From assembly GCA_964291315.2 (NCBI GenBank), contig OZ219753.1, positions 3,008,001 through 3,072,000 on the forward strand: a stretch of DNA of 64,000 nt, written 5' to 3'. Below the pieces are notes generated by a model. The model had not been told where the DNA came from. It was given only the letters and a program-made list of their open reading frames with translations, and ran no database searches. This document shows, piece by piece, positions 30,403-39,715 of this stretch. A program made the position numbers and the translations under genes. Position 1 is the first letter of the stretch. Each line of letters begins with the position of its first letter. This DNA comes from Candidatus Poribacteria bacterium. GTDB taxonomy: Bacteria > Poribacteria > WGA-4E > WGA-3G.

Positions 30403-31194
30403 ATGAAACAGTTATTTGGTTACATCACCCTACTTTGCGCGTTTCTATTTATAACGGTCGGATACATTCAGGCGGATCTAGTGGAAGATCTCATTGTCTA
30501 CTTCACATTTGAAAATGTCAGTGGGAAGAGGATTGTTGATGATTCGGGCAACGGACTTGATGCGGACATCATCGCGAACGCTAAAGTCGTAGACGGGAAA
30601 TATGGGAAGGCAATTTTCATCGAAAAAGAAGGAGCAGACTGTGTGAATGTCCCTGCCTCTGATGAATTGAAAATCACCGGTGAGATCACAATGGCGGCGT
30701 GGATCTATCAGGAAGCTTGGAACAACAATTCCCAATGGTTCGATAAAAACTGCCATAACGGAGGCGAGCACTCTTCTTACGGTATCGGAGCCTTCGAGGA
30801 CGGCGCGAGTTTTAATATGTTTTTAGGAAGCGGCAATTCCAGACCTACCCTGAACAAACCACACAACCTGGACGCAAAGACGTGGCATCACGTCGTCGGC
30901 ACCTACGACGGTGCAACCATGAAGGTCTATGTCGATGGTGAAGTCGCAGCTGAGCAAGACCAAAAGTTTGAATTCAAAGGCACCAATGATCAGGATTTGC
31001 GGATCGGATGCTCCAAGGATAGGCCGCAGTACACTTTCGAGAACGGTTCTATTGACGAAGCCGCTATATGGCGGCGGGCGCTCAGCGAAGATGAAATCAA
31101 GCAAATAATGAACGAAGGTTTCCTTGCAGTTTCGCCGCTTGACAAAACCGCAACCACGTGGGCCAGTATTAAACGCACGATAGGCACACCCTAA
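30403..31194 (+). CDS. Secreted LamG (ConA-like) domain protein with C-terminal 'AVSPLDKTATTWASIK' tag
   Basis: Signal peptide; 'DDSGNG', 'ITMAAWI', 'WHHVVGTYDG...YVDG', 'IDEAAIWRRALSEDEI'. Confidence 0.9.
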   Translation: MKQLFGYITLLCAFLFITVGYIQADLVEDLIVYFTFENVSGKRIVDDSGNGLDADIIANAKVVDGKYGKAIFIEKEGADCVNVPASDELKITGEITMAAWIYQEAWNNNSQWFDKNCHNGGEHSSYGIGAFEDGASFNMFLGSGNSRPTLNKPHNLDAKTWHHVVGTYDGATMKVYVDGEVAAEQDQKFEFKGTNDQDLRIGCSKDRPQYTFENGSIDEAAIWRRALSEDEIKQIMNEGFLAVSPLDKTATTWASIKRTIGTP

Positions 31195-31281
31195 ACACGA
31201 ACCTTCGTAAACATAAAACGGCATAGGTGTTAACCTTAAAAATGGGAAGCACCTGTGTCCTTTCTATAGGGACAGAAAAAA

Positions 31282-32361
31282 ATGGTAAAGATTGGAATTG
31301 TGGGCATCGGATTTATGGGGATGATTCACTACTACGGAATTCAGCGCGCAGCCGGTGCCGAAGTGGTCGCTATTTGCACACGGGATCCGAAAAAACTGTC
31401 GGGCGATTGGACAGGCATTCAGGGCAATTTTGGACCCCGCGGAGGTATAGAGGACATCTCAAACATCCGAAAATATAGTGAGGTTAACGAACTCCTTGCT
31501 GACGAAGAAATAGACCTCGTTGATATCTGTCTGCCGACACACCTCCACAAACAGGTCACTATGGCATCTCTTGAGGCAGGGAAACATACGCTTGTTGAGA
31601 AACCGATCTCGATCTCTATTGACGACGCGAATGAACTGGTTCAACTTGCAGAAAAAATAGAAGCGACGCGAAAAGCTGTCCTTCAGAACCCATGTTTTCT
31701 AATGGTGGCACACGTCCTACCTTTCTTTGCTGAATACGCTTATGCAAAGCGGGTGGTGGAAGAGGGGAAATATGGAAAACTGCTCGGCGCACATTTCAAA
31801 CGAATTATCTCAAAACCGAGCTGGTCAAGAGATGTCGCCGATATCGAAAAGAGTGGAGGCCCCGGTATTGACTTGCATATTCACGATACCCATTTTATTC
31901 AACTCCTCTGTGGTGTCCCCGATGCTGTGTTCTCGCAAGGCAAAATCGCCAAAGGTAACTTTGTTGACTATCTGACGACACAATACATCTACAACGATAA
32001 GGCTCTCTCCATCAGCTGTTCATCTGGCGCAGTGTCACAGCGCGGACGCGCTTTCTCACACGGTTTTGAAATTTATCTCGAAAAAGCTACGCTACTTTAC
32101 GACTTTTCAACATTAGCAGGTGAGGCCTCTACCGCAGTACCCTTAACACTTCTGAACGATGAAGGTGAGGTCGAACAAGTAGATCTAGGGGATATTGATC
32201 CGGTTGATGCCTTTACCGATGAACTCCAATATGCGGTTGACGCAATTGATTCGGGAAACCAACCGACCGCCCTGTCGGGTTCGGGTGCCAGAGATGCACT
32301 GCTGCTCTGCTACAAAGAGGCAGAATCGGTTAAGACCGGTAAGATTGTTCCGGTGCGGTAA
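31282..32361 (+). CDS. Gfo/Idh/MocA family oxidoreductase
   Basis: GIVGIGFMG, DICLPTHLH, AGKHTLVEKP, DLHIHD. Confidence 0.92.
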   Translation: MVKIGIVGIGFMGMIHYYGIQRAAGAEVVAICTRDPKKLSGDWTGIQGNFGPRGGIEDISNIRKYSEVNELLADEEIDLVDICLPTHLHKQVTMASLEAGKHTLVEKPISISIDDANELVQLAEKIEATRKAVLQNPCFLMVAHVLPFFAEYAYAKRVVEEGKYGKLLGAHFKRIISKPSWSRDVADIEKSGGPGIDLHIHDTHFIQLLCGVPDAVFSQGKIAKGNFVDYLTTQYIYNDKALSISCSSGAVSQRGRAFSHGFEIYLEKATLLYDFSTLAGEASTAVPLTLLNDEGEVEQVDLGDIDPVDAFTDELQYAVDAIDSGNQPTALSGSGARDALLLCYKEAESVKTGKIVPVR

Positions 32362-32504
32362 GTGCTTTGTCTGCAACCATCACTTCTCCGAGAAATTGGA
32401 AAAACGGCAGCTGCGGAGATAGCTGGGTAAATGTATTCACCCAATCACGCGACACCGAACAAACAGAGAATTGTTGTGTTGGCTAAACCAGAATACCGAA
32501 ACTT

Positions 32505-33641
32505 ATGAGCCTGGGTCCTTATTATACCGTTAGCAACATCGGTGAACTCTATATCCCCGTTCAGTGTCGAGACGCTGTTTTCGCGCGGGCTCGCGTCAAG
32601 TTGTTCGCTCATCGTGACTTAAGACATCTCAATCGGATCTTCACACATATTCGGCATGGCGGTGTCGCAATCGTGGAAGGACGGTGGGAACAAATTACGC
32701 AGGTCATGGACTATGTCCAACGTCACAAACAAGAGTTAGTGCAACAATGGAAGCATGAAACCACATCGCGCCACCGGAAGGATTCGCGTAGGAGATCCAC
32801 AAGTCGTGCCTTGAAAGAAACCTTAGCAAGATTGATGTGCTGGGCGGATGCAGATGGAAACTTACAAGTTGAACCTGCCCCCGCTCTGCCCTACCTGTTA
32901 GAGCTTGCAGGTGAACCGCCGGGCGCGAATGAGGAGAGACCTTTTCTGCTACCTCTCACAACTATCCAACAGATTCAAACCGCGCTAGCGGATATCTATC
33001 CTATCCACGCGCTGAATGCATCGCTGCTGGCTTCCACAAATGTGCTTGCCCCGCTTTCACAAGAAACAGTTGAATGTTTTCAAGAAGCGCTACAACATAT
33101 TCGAGAACACAATCCAACCACAATCATCGCTGATGTTGGATGCGGAAGTGGATGTCTCACGTTATTGGCACAACAAGAATTAGGGGCGCAGACTCAGATA
33201 TATGCTTCTGATCTACTTCCAGAAGCAGTCGCTACAACGAAGTTGAACCTTCAGCGCCTTCTCACAGTTTCAAATGCAGTACAGGTCCTGCCGCCTGGTG
33301 ACTTGTTCGCTCCATTTCTCTCACATCAGTTTGACGCTATTCTCTTCAATGCGCCTTGGGTTGTCGCACCTGCCCGCAATCGTGCTGAGTTGACCATTCA
33401 CGATGAGAGACAGGAAACGGTGAAGCGGTTTTTCCAACAAGCCCCGAATTTCTTGAAGCCTGAGGGCAGAATTCTATTGGGCTATGCTGACGCTTCAGGC
33501 CCTAAGGCGATTAATAGCCTCGAAACGATAACTACAGCAGCCGGTTTCAAGGTGGACGCTCTCTTTAAAAGAAGAGTGGCGACGCACAGATCGAAACGGA
33601 AGTGGGAGCAAATTAGAGTATATCTGTTGCGTCGTGTCTAG
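32505..33641 (+). CDS. Class I SAM-dependent methyltransferase (PrmC/MTS-like)
   Basis: DVGCGSGCL, 'GDLF', 'FNAPW' (NPPY/W-like), 'LKPEG'. Confidence 0.8.
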   Translation: MSLGPYYTVSNIGELYIPVQCRDAVFARARVKLFAHRDLRHLNRIFTHIRHGGVAIVEGRWEQITQVMDYVQRHKQELVQQWKHETTSRHRKDSRRRSTSRALKETLARLMCWADADGNLQVEPAPALPYLLELAGEPPGANEERPFLLPLTTIQQIQTALADIYPIHALNASLLASTNVLAPLSQETVECFQEALQHIREHNPTTIIADVGCGSGCLTLLAQQELGAQTQIYASDLLPEAVATTKLNLQRLLTVSNAVQVLPPGDLFAPFLSHQFDAILFNAPWVVAPARNRAELTIHDERQETVKRFFQQAPNFLKPEGRILLGYADASGPKAINSLETITTAAGFKVDALFKRRVATHRSKRKWEQIRVYLLRRV

Positions 33642-33705
33642 CAGCCCAGATTCAGAAATCCGACCGCCTCGAAAATCTGAATGCCGAACACACCGATAAT
33701 TAGAG

Positions 33706-33734
33706 TTGCTAAATTTTCATATATATGAGATACT
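33706..33734 (+). promoter_or_regulatory. Probable promoter ~210 nt upstream of the HEPN gene
   Basis: TTGCTA-17 nt-GATACT with extended TG. Confidence 0.45.
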
Positions 33735-33949
33735 CTTAACTGTGGGGGCGTGACACTGTTACGAGTACTTAATCTTTTCCAATATCCCCATCGCTTTCGG
33801 GTCTTCACACCCTTAAGGCCGAAAAATATCAGATATTCTCATTAAAATCAGTGTAAAACTGAATAGCTCTACACACGACTTGAGGTCTGGTTAACACAGT
33901 ACCGAAAGAACGATGTGCGCGGAGCAATATATACATGGAGGTTGTAGCC

Positions 33950-35608
33950 TTGAGTACCCCAAACTATCCGAACCGAAATGCTCTTCGTGAGGCGAACGAT
34001 ATATACTTAGATTACATGCGCCCTTTTATTATTGACCATCTAAAGAAGGTGCCGGGAGAAAAAGTCGAAGATTTGATTGCAGACGGATTGACAGATGAAC
34101 AAGAAAACGAATTTTGGCAAATATTAGGGCAAAACGATGATGATATTGAATCCGCAATTGACTTTAATTATTTTCCTTTAATTGTCCAACGTAATTGGTC
34201 TATTATTCGGTCTTACCGGGAATGTGGTTTTGCGCAGTGGTTCGCAGGAGATATGTCTGTCCAGAATAGACTATGGTTAATAAAGGAGGGGCGAAACGCG
34301 TGCGAACATCGAGGAACAAAAGATTTAGATTCTGAATTGGTGCGGACACTTTTGTTTCTCGTTGCTGAGGTACTTGGCAAAATCAATAGACCCGACGAGC
34401 AGGATAAAGTTGAGGCTATCCGGGACGAGCTCTTTGCAGATGATACGTCAGAACGCCTTGCTGAAGCTGAGCAACGATTAAAGGTTGTAGAAACGGAAAA
34501 TGCTGAATACAGAAAACATATCGAAAAAACCGAAGAATGTTTAGCAGCTGCAGAGGCAGAGAAAAGGGCATACCAAAAAGACAACGCAACGTTGTTAAAA
34601 CAGGCGCAGGCAAAAGAAAATTGCCTTACGGAATTGTCAGAACGGCTGAAACTAGCGAAAACGGAAACGGAAGCAGAGCGCCGCACGTTCGAAGAACGTC
34701 TTGACACTTTATCAAACCAACTCGCTGCTGCACAAGCAGAAAAGAGAGAGATTGTAGAACGTCTCACAGCTATGCAAGATCTATTCACAACAGCAACGCT
34801 TGAGAAACCAAAAACGCAAGCTATATTTCCTGAATTTGACACTTACGCTTCTGTCCGATTACTTGACCGCCGAGGCACAGAAGATAAGCGCAACTATCTT
34901 TTAGAATTGCTGAAACGGAAGCGCCCAGCTATAATTTATGTGCAAAACGAAGATGAGGTTAATCGGTTATTCGAACTTGTCGGCTCAAAGAAAGGATGCC
35001 TTATCGGAAAACATGATGAACAGACCCCTCATGCAGAAGAGACACAAATTTTGGAGAAGCTTGAAAGCGGTAAATTAATTGCTGTCGTTTCAAATGCCAT
35101 ATTTTCCAGACTCACATCTTTGCATTGCATTGAGCACTTTGTTTTCTGCCACCTTGTGCCGGATTTAAACGCTTTTTTCAAGCGATGCGGACAGGCTTTT
35201 ACATCGGCAAAAAACAGTTATCTGCATCTCATCTACAATAGGCAACAAGATGTCAAAAGGGTGAAACAGTGGTTAGCTCACAAGCATCCAGATAGAAAAA
35301 TGTTGGGGCACATCTACAGAAATTCGATCGAGAAAACAAACGGTAGTTTTATCAACCAAGAAGATATCTATAACAGATTGAATATGGCAAGTCCTGGGAT
35401 TGAAACAGCTCTCGCTATTTTTGAGGAACTCCAATTGATTGAAAAAAATGAACACGGGATAACATTCTTACCGGGTGTTGGGAAAAAATTAGAGGAATCG
35501 AAAATTTATAATAGCGGTGAGAAACTGAAACATGAAATAGAAAAGGTGTGCACATTTCAACTCGATCAGCCCATTGAAAAAATTTGGGATGCAATAAGTC
35601 CAAACTAA
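33950..35608 (+). CDS. Swt1-like HEPN domain + coiled coil + degenerate helicase-C / RecJ C-terminal winged-helix protein; start probably TTG 33950
   Basis: RBS GGAGGT; HEPN R-x4-H 'GRNACEH'; heptad coiled coil; 'ALAIFEELQLIE...KKLEESKIY'. Confidence 0.65.
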   Translation: MSTPNYPNRNALREANDIYLDYMRPFIIDHLKKVPGEKVEDLIADGLTDEQENEFWQILGQNDDDIESAIDFNYFPLIVQRNWSIIRSYRECGFAQWFAGDMSVQNRLWLIKEGRNACEHRGTKDLDSELVRTLLFLVAEVLGKINRPDEQDKVEAIRDELFADDTSERLAEAEQRLKVVETENAEYRKHIEKTEECLAAAEAEKRAYQKDNATLLKQAQAKENCLTELSERLKLAKTETEAERRTFEERLDTLSNQLAAAQAEKREIVERLTAMQDLFTTATLEKPKTQAIFPEFDTYASVRLLDRRGTEDKRNYLLELLKRKRPAIIYVQNEDEVNRLFELVGSKKGCLIGKHDEQTPHAEETQILEKLESGKLIAVVSNAIFSRLTSLHCIEHFVFCHLVPDLNAFFKRCGQAFTSAKNSYLHLIYNRQQDVKRVKQWLAHKHPDRKMLGHIYRNSIEKTNGSFINQEDIYNRLNMASPGIETALAIFEELQLIEKNEHGITFLPGVGKKLEESKIYNSGEKLKHEIEKVCTFQLDQPIEKIWDAISPN

Positions 35609-35636
35609 CCCTCCGTGGGCAAACGCTGTTGCTTTT

Positions 35637-37214
35637 TTATTCGCGGGCAATAGACACGGGCGTTCCTTCCTTTAACCGTTGCTGTTCGCTAATAATCACT
35701 TGTGTTGCCTTAGCGAGGCGCGAAGTCACCTCAATTTCGCCGCCGTGGATCGCCCCAACAGTAACGATTTCCTGGTGTGCTGCGTTCCCTTTGACAGTAA
35801 AAATGTTTCCCTTTCCGTTCTGAATATTTAAAACTGCCTGCAAAGGGAGCAATTGTACATTTTTCCGTTCACCCGTTTTGATGGACACCGTGATTCTACT
35901 CCCCGGTCTTAGATCCCTATTATCAGAGAGGGAATCAGCAGCATTTAACACGGTTGCATGAACAATCACTGTGTCGTTTTCACGGTTAACTGTTGGGCTA
36001 ATAAAGTCAATCGTGCCGACAATATTTCGAATGCCGGCATTTATAGAAATCAAGGCGAGATCGCCTTTGTTAATCCGGTGCGCCTCAGAAACAGGCATGC
36101 TCCAAACCGCTGTAAGAACATCAACGCTGATTATCGTAAATATGGGGTGCCCTGCAGGTGATGCAGCAGGTAACGCCTGATCTCCAACCTGTAAGGAGCG
36201 CGTTGCGATAATCCCATTGATTGGGGATTTAATGGTTGCATCACTCAATTGTTCCTGCGCGATCTTAAGTTGTTCCTCAGCTTGATTTACCGCTGATCTT
36301 GCGATTTCGATATCGTGTTCCCACGATTTTGCTTCCACAAGTTTTTGTGCTGTCCTAAAATTGGCTTGCGCTTGTGTAACCTTTGACTCTGCTAAAGCGA
36401 TCTCACGCTCCCAGCCGCGGATTTCCACGAGTTTCTCTGCGATGTCTAATTCCGCTTTGGCTTTTTCCACAGAAGGGTGTCTCGCCCCGTCCTTAAATTG
36501 TTGTGCAGTAACGATGGCTTCCTCATAACGAGTTTGCGCGATTTTCAAGCGGTTTTCTGCTGATTCAAAATCGCTGTCACTGACATGCTGCTTTTCATGA
36601 AGCGACTTTGTCCGTTCAAAGTCCAACTGCGTTTTATCAAGTTCCACTTTCGCCCGTTTCAAGGCCTGCTCTGCATTCGTTTCCGATTTTTCGATGGTTT
36701 CCTTAGCTGCTTGGTACGCAGCTTCTGCCTGTCCAAGTTGGTTACGAATACGTATTTCAGCGAGTGACTTGGTTTCTGTCAGCTTCGACTGCACCGTCAT
36801 TAGCGTTTCCTGTGCGACAGCCATCTGAGATTCAACGCGAGTTTGGGCATCCGCTTGAGTTGATGTGAATCGGGATTGTGCGCTGTTTAACACTGACTCC
36901 GCGCGTATCACAGCAAGTGTACTGACGCTCGAATAAGTCTCGGCAAGTGTGTCGCCTTCCGCTGCGCTTTGTCCAACCGTAGCATTCAAGGCAACAATTT
37001 TCCCTTGAACATTAGCAAATACCTTTACCTCTGCCCCTGGTTGTAAGTGCCCGGTATACTCCTTCGTGGAAATAATAGTACCGCGTCTCGCTGTCGTAAC
37101 GGATACGGCTACCGGTGATGTGGTTTCTTGGGCAATTACAATGCCAACCCTAAAACAACAGATAACGGTAAGAAGTTTTATCAGATATATTTTCGCGGTG
37201 TGGCTATTGGTCAT
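35637..37214 (-). CDS. Efflux RND/ABC periplasmic adaptor (membrane fusion protein) with long coiled coil
   Basis: 'VKVFANVQGKIVAL...VGQ', 'DATIKSPINGII', 'GTIDFISP', 'LRPGS', 'LKEGTPV'. Confidence 0.85.
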   Translation of the reverse strand: MTNSHTAKIYLIKLLTVICCFRVGIVIAQETTSPVAVSVTTARRGTIISTKEYTGHLQPGAEVKVFANVQGKIVALNATVGQSAAEGDTLAETYSSVSTLAVIRAESVLNSAQSRFTSTQADAQTRVESQMAVAQETLMTVQSKLTETKSLAEIRIRNQLGQAEAAYQAAKETIEKSETNAEQALKRAKVELDKTQLDFERTKSLHEKQHVSDSDFESAENRLKIAQTRYEEAIVTAQQFKDGARHPSVEKAKAELDIAEKLVEIRGWEREIALAESKVTQAQANFRTAQKLVEAKSWEHDIEIARSAVNQAEEQLKIAQEQLSDATIKSPINGIIATRSLQVGDQALPAASPAGHPIFTIISVDVLTAVWSMPVSEAHRINKGDLALISINAGIRNIVGTIDFISPTVNRENDTVIVHATVLNAADSLSDNRDLRPGSRITVSIKTGERKNVQLLPLQAVLNIQNGKGNIFTVKGNAAHQEIVTVGAIHGGEIEVTSRLAKATQVIISEQQRLKEGTPVSIARE

Positions 37215-37746
37215 TTTTAAGTTTATCCTTAAAACCCTTTGTGAATTTTCGAATCTTCGGATGAATCACGAGTTGACAGTACGGCTGACTCGGATTCAAT
37301 TCAAAATAATTTTGGTGATAATTTTCAGCAGGATAAAAGGTATCGATAGGTGTAATTTCCGTAACGATGGGGGCTTCCCACATATCGGAGGCATTCATTG
37401 CAGCTTTAGATTTTTCGGCGAGGCATTGTTGCTTTTCCGTGTGGTAAAAGATCACGGAACGGTACTGGGTGCCGACATCAGCCCCTTGGCGATTCAGTGT
37501 CGTAGCGTCGTGTGTATGCCACAAAACTTCCAACAGTTCTTCATAGGAAATAACGCGCGGATCAAACTGAATCTGAACCACCTCGGCGTGGCCGGTCATC
37601 CCCATGCATACTGCTTGATAAGTCGGGTTGACAGTTGTCCCACCTGTGTATCCTGAAACGACCTTATGAACCCCTTTTAATTTCAGAAAAACTGCTTCAA
37701 CACACCAAAAACAGCCTGCCCCAAATGTCGCTGTCTCTAATTGCAT
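37204..37746 (-). CDS. msrA: Peptide methionine sulfoxide reductase A
   Basis: GCFWC, SGYTGG, TGHAEVV, RQGADVGTQYRS, AENYHQNY. Confidence 0.97.
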   Translation of the reverse strand: MQLETATFGAGCFWCVEAVFLKLKGVHKVVSGYTGGTTVNPTYQAVCMGMTGHAEVVQIQFDPRVISYEELLEVLWHTHDATTLNRQGADVGTQYRSVIFYHTEKQQCLAEKSKAAMNASDMWEAPIVTEITPIDTFYPAENYHQNYFELNPSQPYCQLVIHPKIRKFTKGFKDKLKNDQ

Positions 37747-37806
37747 TTTTCATGGCAGCTTTCACCGCAGCGAAGCCGCGCTCTCCCTTTTAATATTTAA
37801 TAGTTG

Positions 37807-37975
37807 TCCGCTATCGATTGAAGAACTACAACGCCCTTCATGAATTGACAAGTCCATACGGATCTGAGTTTGTCCGCAGGAGGCTCATGTCTAGAAATGG
37901 CTTAAACCTGTGGCTTAGTCAACTTCCTTACCATTACTACATCGGTGACCTAAAGGAACGCTGTTTTGTAGCGGA
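37807..37975 (+). ncRNA. Candidate structured non-coding RNA or miniature element
   Basis: Nested inverted repeats, with G-U pairs favouring the + strand (see findings). Confidence 0.3.
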
Positions 37976-38010
37976 AGCTTTGATAAGACTTCAAGACATA
38001 GCTGTTGAAC

Positions 38011-38039
38011 TTGCAAAAATCGGAGGACTGTGCTATATT
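38011..38039 (+). promoter_or_regulatory. sigma70-type promoter directly before the HEAT-repeat gene
   Basis: TTGCAA-17 nt-TATATT with extended TG; ATG 10 nt downstream. Confidence 0.6.
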
Positions 38040-38048
38040 TGTAAATCT

Positions 38049-38723
38049 ATGAAATACGTTCTCTTACTTTCTATACTACTACTCTTCCCTACGGCATGTC
38101 AATCAAATAAGGAACATGCGAAAATACTTGTCAGCCAACTTGGTGACACGGAGGTGTCTCGGCGTACGAGAGCCGCCGATAGCTTAGTCAAAATGGGGGC
38201 TGAAGCAATAGAGGCGCTGATCGAAGGGTTATCGGATGAGAATCCCCGGATTCGCGAAATCTCTGTCTGGACACTCGGCGAGATTAAAACGCCAGTGACT
38301 CGGGTCGTGCCTGCAATTATCTCCTCCTTCACCGATCCCGATGAAACTATCCGGGTTGTTGGTTCAGTTGCCCTTCAGCATTTGGGTGAGGTTGCTGTGC
38401 CGTTTCTGATTGATGCCTTAAGCGCCCCGTCGGCGGACATTCGACTGAATGCAGCCTACGTGTTAGGCGAAATCGGCACCCCGCTGGATACAATCATTCC
38501 AGCACTCATCCCCTCCCTCACCGATCCGGAATGGAACGTCCGTCGACTTGCTGTGCGTGCCTTAGTGAGGATAGGAAACCCGGCAGTCGGCGCGCTGATT
38601 CAAGCCCTGAATTCACCGAACCACGATCTCGCCCGTATGGCAGAACGGGCTTTGAAGGATATAGGAACCGCGCAAGCGCAAAGAGCAATTGCAGATGTAA
38701 AGCAACGTTCAATCGACCGTTGA
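38049..38723 (+). CDS. HEAT-repeat lipoprotein (start revised to ATG 38049)
   Basis: MKYVLLLSILLLFPTA-C lipobox; PBS-lyase HEAT repeats 'LIDALS...IRLNAAYVLGEIG'. Confidence 0.85.
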   Translation: MKYVLLLSILLLFPTACQSNKEHAKILVSQLGDTEVSRRTRAADSLVKMGAEAIEALIEGLSDENPRIREISVWTLGEIKTPVTRVVPAIISSFTDPDETIRVVGSVALQHLGEVAVPFLIDALSAPSADIRLNAAYVLGEIGTPLDTIIPALIPSLTDPEWNVRRLAVRALVRIGNPAVGALIQALNSPNHDLARMAERALKDIGTAQAQRAIADVKQRSIDR

Positions 38724-38725
38724 AC

Positions 38726-39715
38726 CTATCCAGACGCGATTCTCTCTCCTTCCATACGGAGACAGTCATCCCAATAGGAGACAGCATACGTCTTCACTGC
38801 GTCGGGTTGAGATGTCTGTTCAAGATACTTCAAAATCCAATCCAAGAGTTGCTGCCGAAGTGACTCTCGGATTTCACGATCAACATAAGCGAGATCTCGG
38901 AAATCCTGCCGTGCATCCTCATCTAACTGAAAATCAATGCGGCGATACAACACAAGATTGACTATCAATCCAAGCGTGGCGTGTTCAATGGGATCCGGGA
39001 AGATGCTAAGCGGCGGATCCAGAGCAAATAGCTTATCTAATGGCAAGGCCTGGGCATAATTGCGCCGGTTCTCGATACACGCCAACTGCCGGTCGATCAT
39101 ATCAATCTCAGCCAATCGGACAAATGCTCTCGGAAAATCCGAATCTCTAATTGTCACTTGCAATGTCCGAATCGTGGTTCTGTATGTCAGCAAGGTCTTT
39201 AAGAATTCGAGCTCCGCGTGTGTATAAATTCGAATGCTTTCGATCTCCGTGTCGGTGTAGGTGGAACCGAGAAGACGATCTTCATCCGGGGTAAACGGTA
39301 GAATAGCCCCGTTTTCCAAAAGATGACGTGCCCTCTCTAACAGTTTTTCGGTGAGCGTATTGCCTACCTGAAAAAATTTGACGACTCGGTTTTTGAAGAG
39401 CAGGCGAACCGCTCTGTCAAGATCGCCTTTGCTGCCGTACTCGAGTCCGAGACTGGTAAGTGTGAAGGCGACTTGGATCTGTGTACGGAGCGCCGACTCA
39501 TCAGAGAGATCTCTCGTCTTCATGGTAATGAGCTTATGGGCAATAGCAGCAATACTCTGATAAACTGTATCTGTCTGTTCACGTGGAATGCCGCCGAGAG
39601 TGTCTGCATGCACCAATGCATGTGCAAGGAAGAGACGTTCGTCGAGGTTCGCATCGGCTACAAGAGAGAATCTATCTGTTTTCCTCATCGGACTTATCGT
39701 TTCCCTCATCCTCAT
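38726..39715 (-). CDS. Hypothetical protein resembling the C-terminal half of DUF6178 proteins (start uncertain)
   Basis: 'TSLGLEY...DLDRAVRLL...KFFQVG'; coupled to the upstream gene. Confidence 0.55.
   Translation of the reverse strand: MRMRETISPMRKTDRFSLVADANLDERLFLAHALVHADTLGGIPREQTDTVYQSIAAIAHKLITMKTRDLSDESALRTQIQVAFTLTSLGLEYGSKGDLDRAVRLLFKNRVVKFFQVGNTLTEKLLERARHLLENGAILPFTPDEDRLLGSTYTDTEIESIRIYTHAELEFLKTLLTYRTTIRTLQVTIRDSDFPRAFVRLAEIDMIDRQLACIENRRNYAQALPLDKLFALDPPLSIFPDPIEHATLGLIVNLVLYRRIDFQLDEDARQDFRDLAYVDREIRESLRQQLLDWILKYLEQTSQPDAVKTYAVSYWDDCLRMEGERIASG

Noticed and set aside
33738-33935. Retron msr-msd interpretation of the HEPN leader
   Set aside because: No reverse transcriptase in the window.
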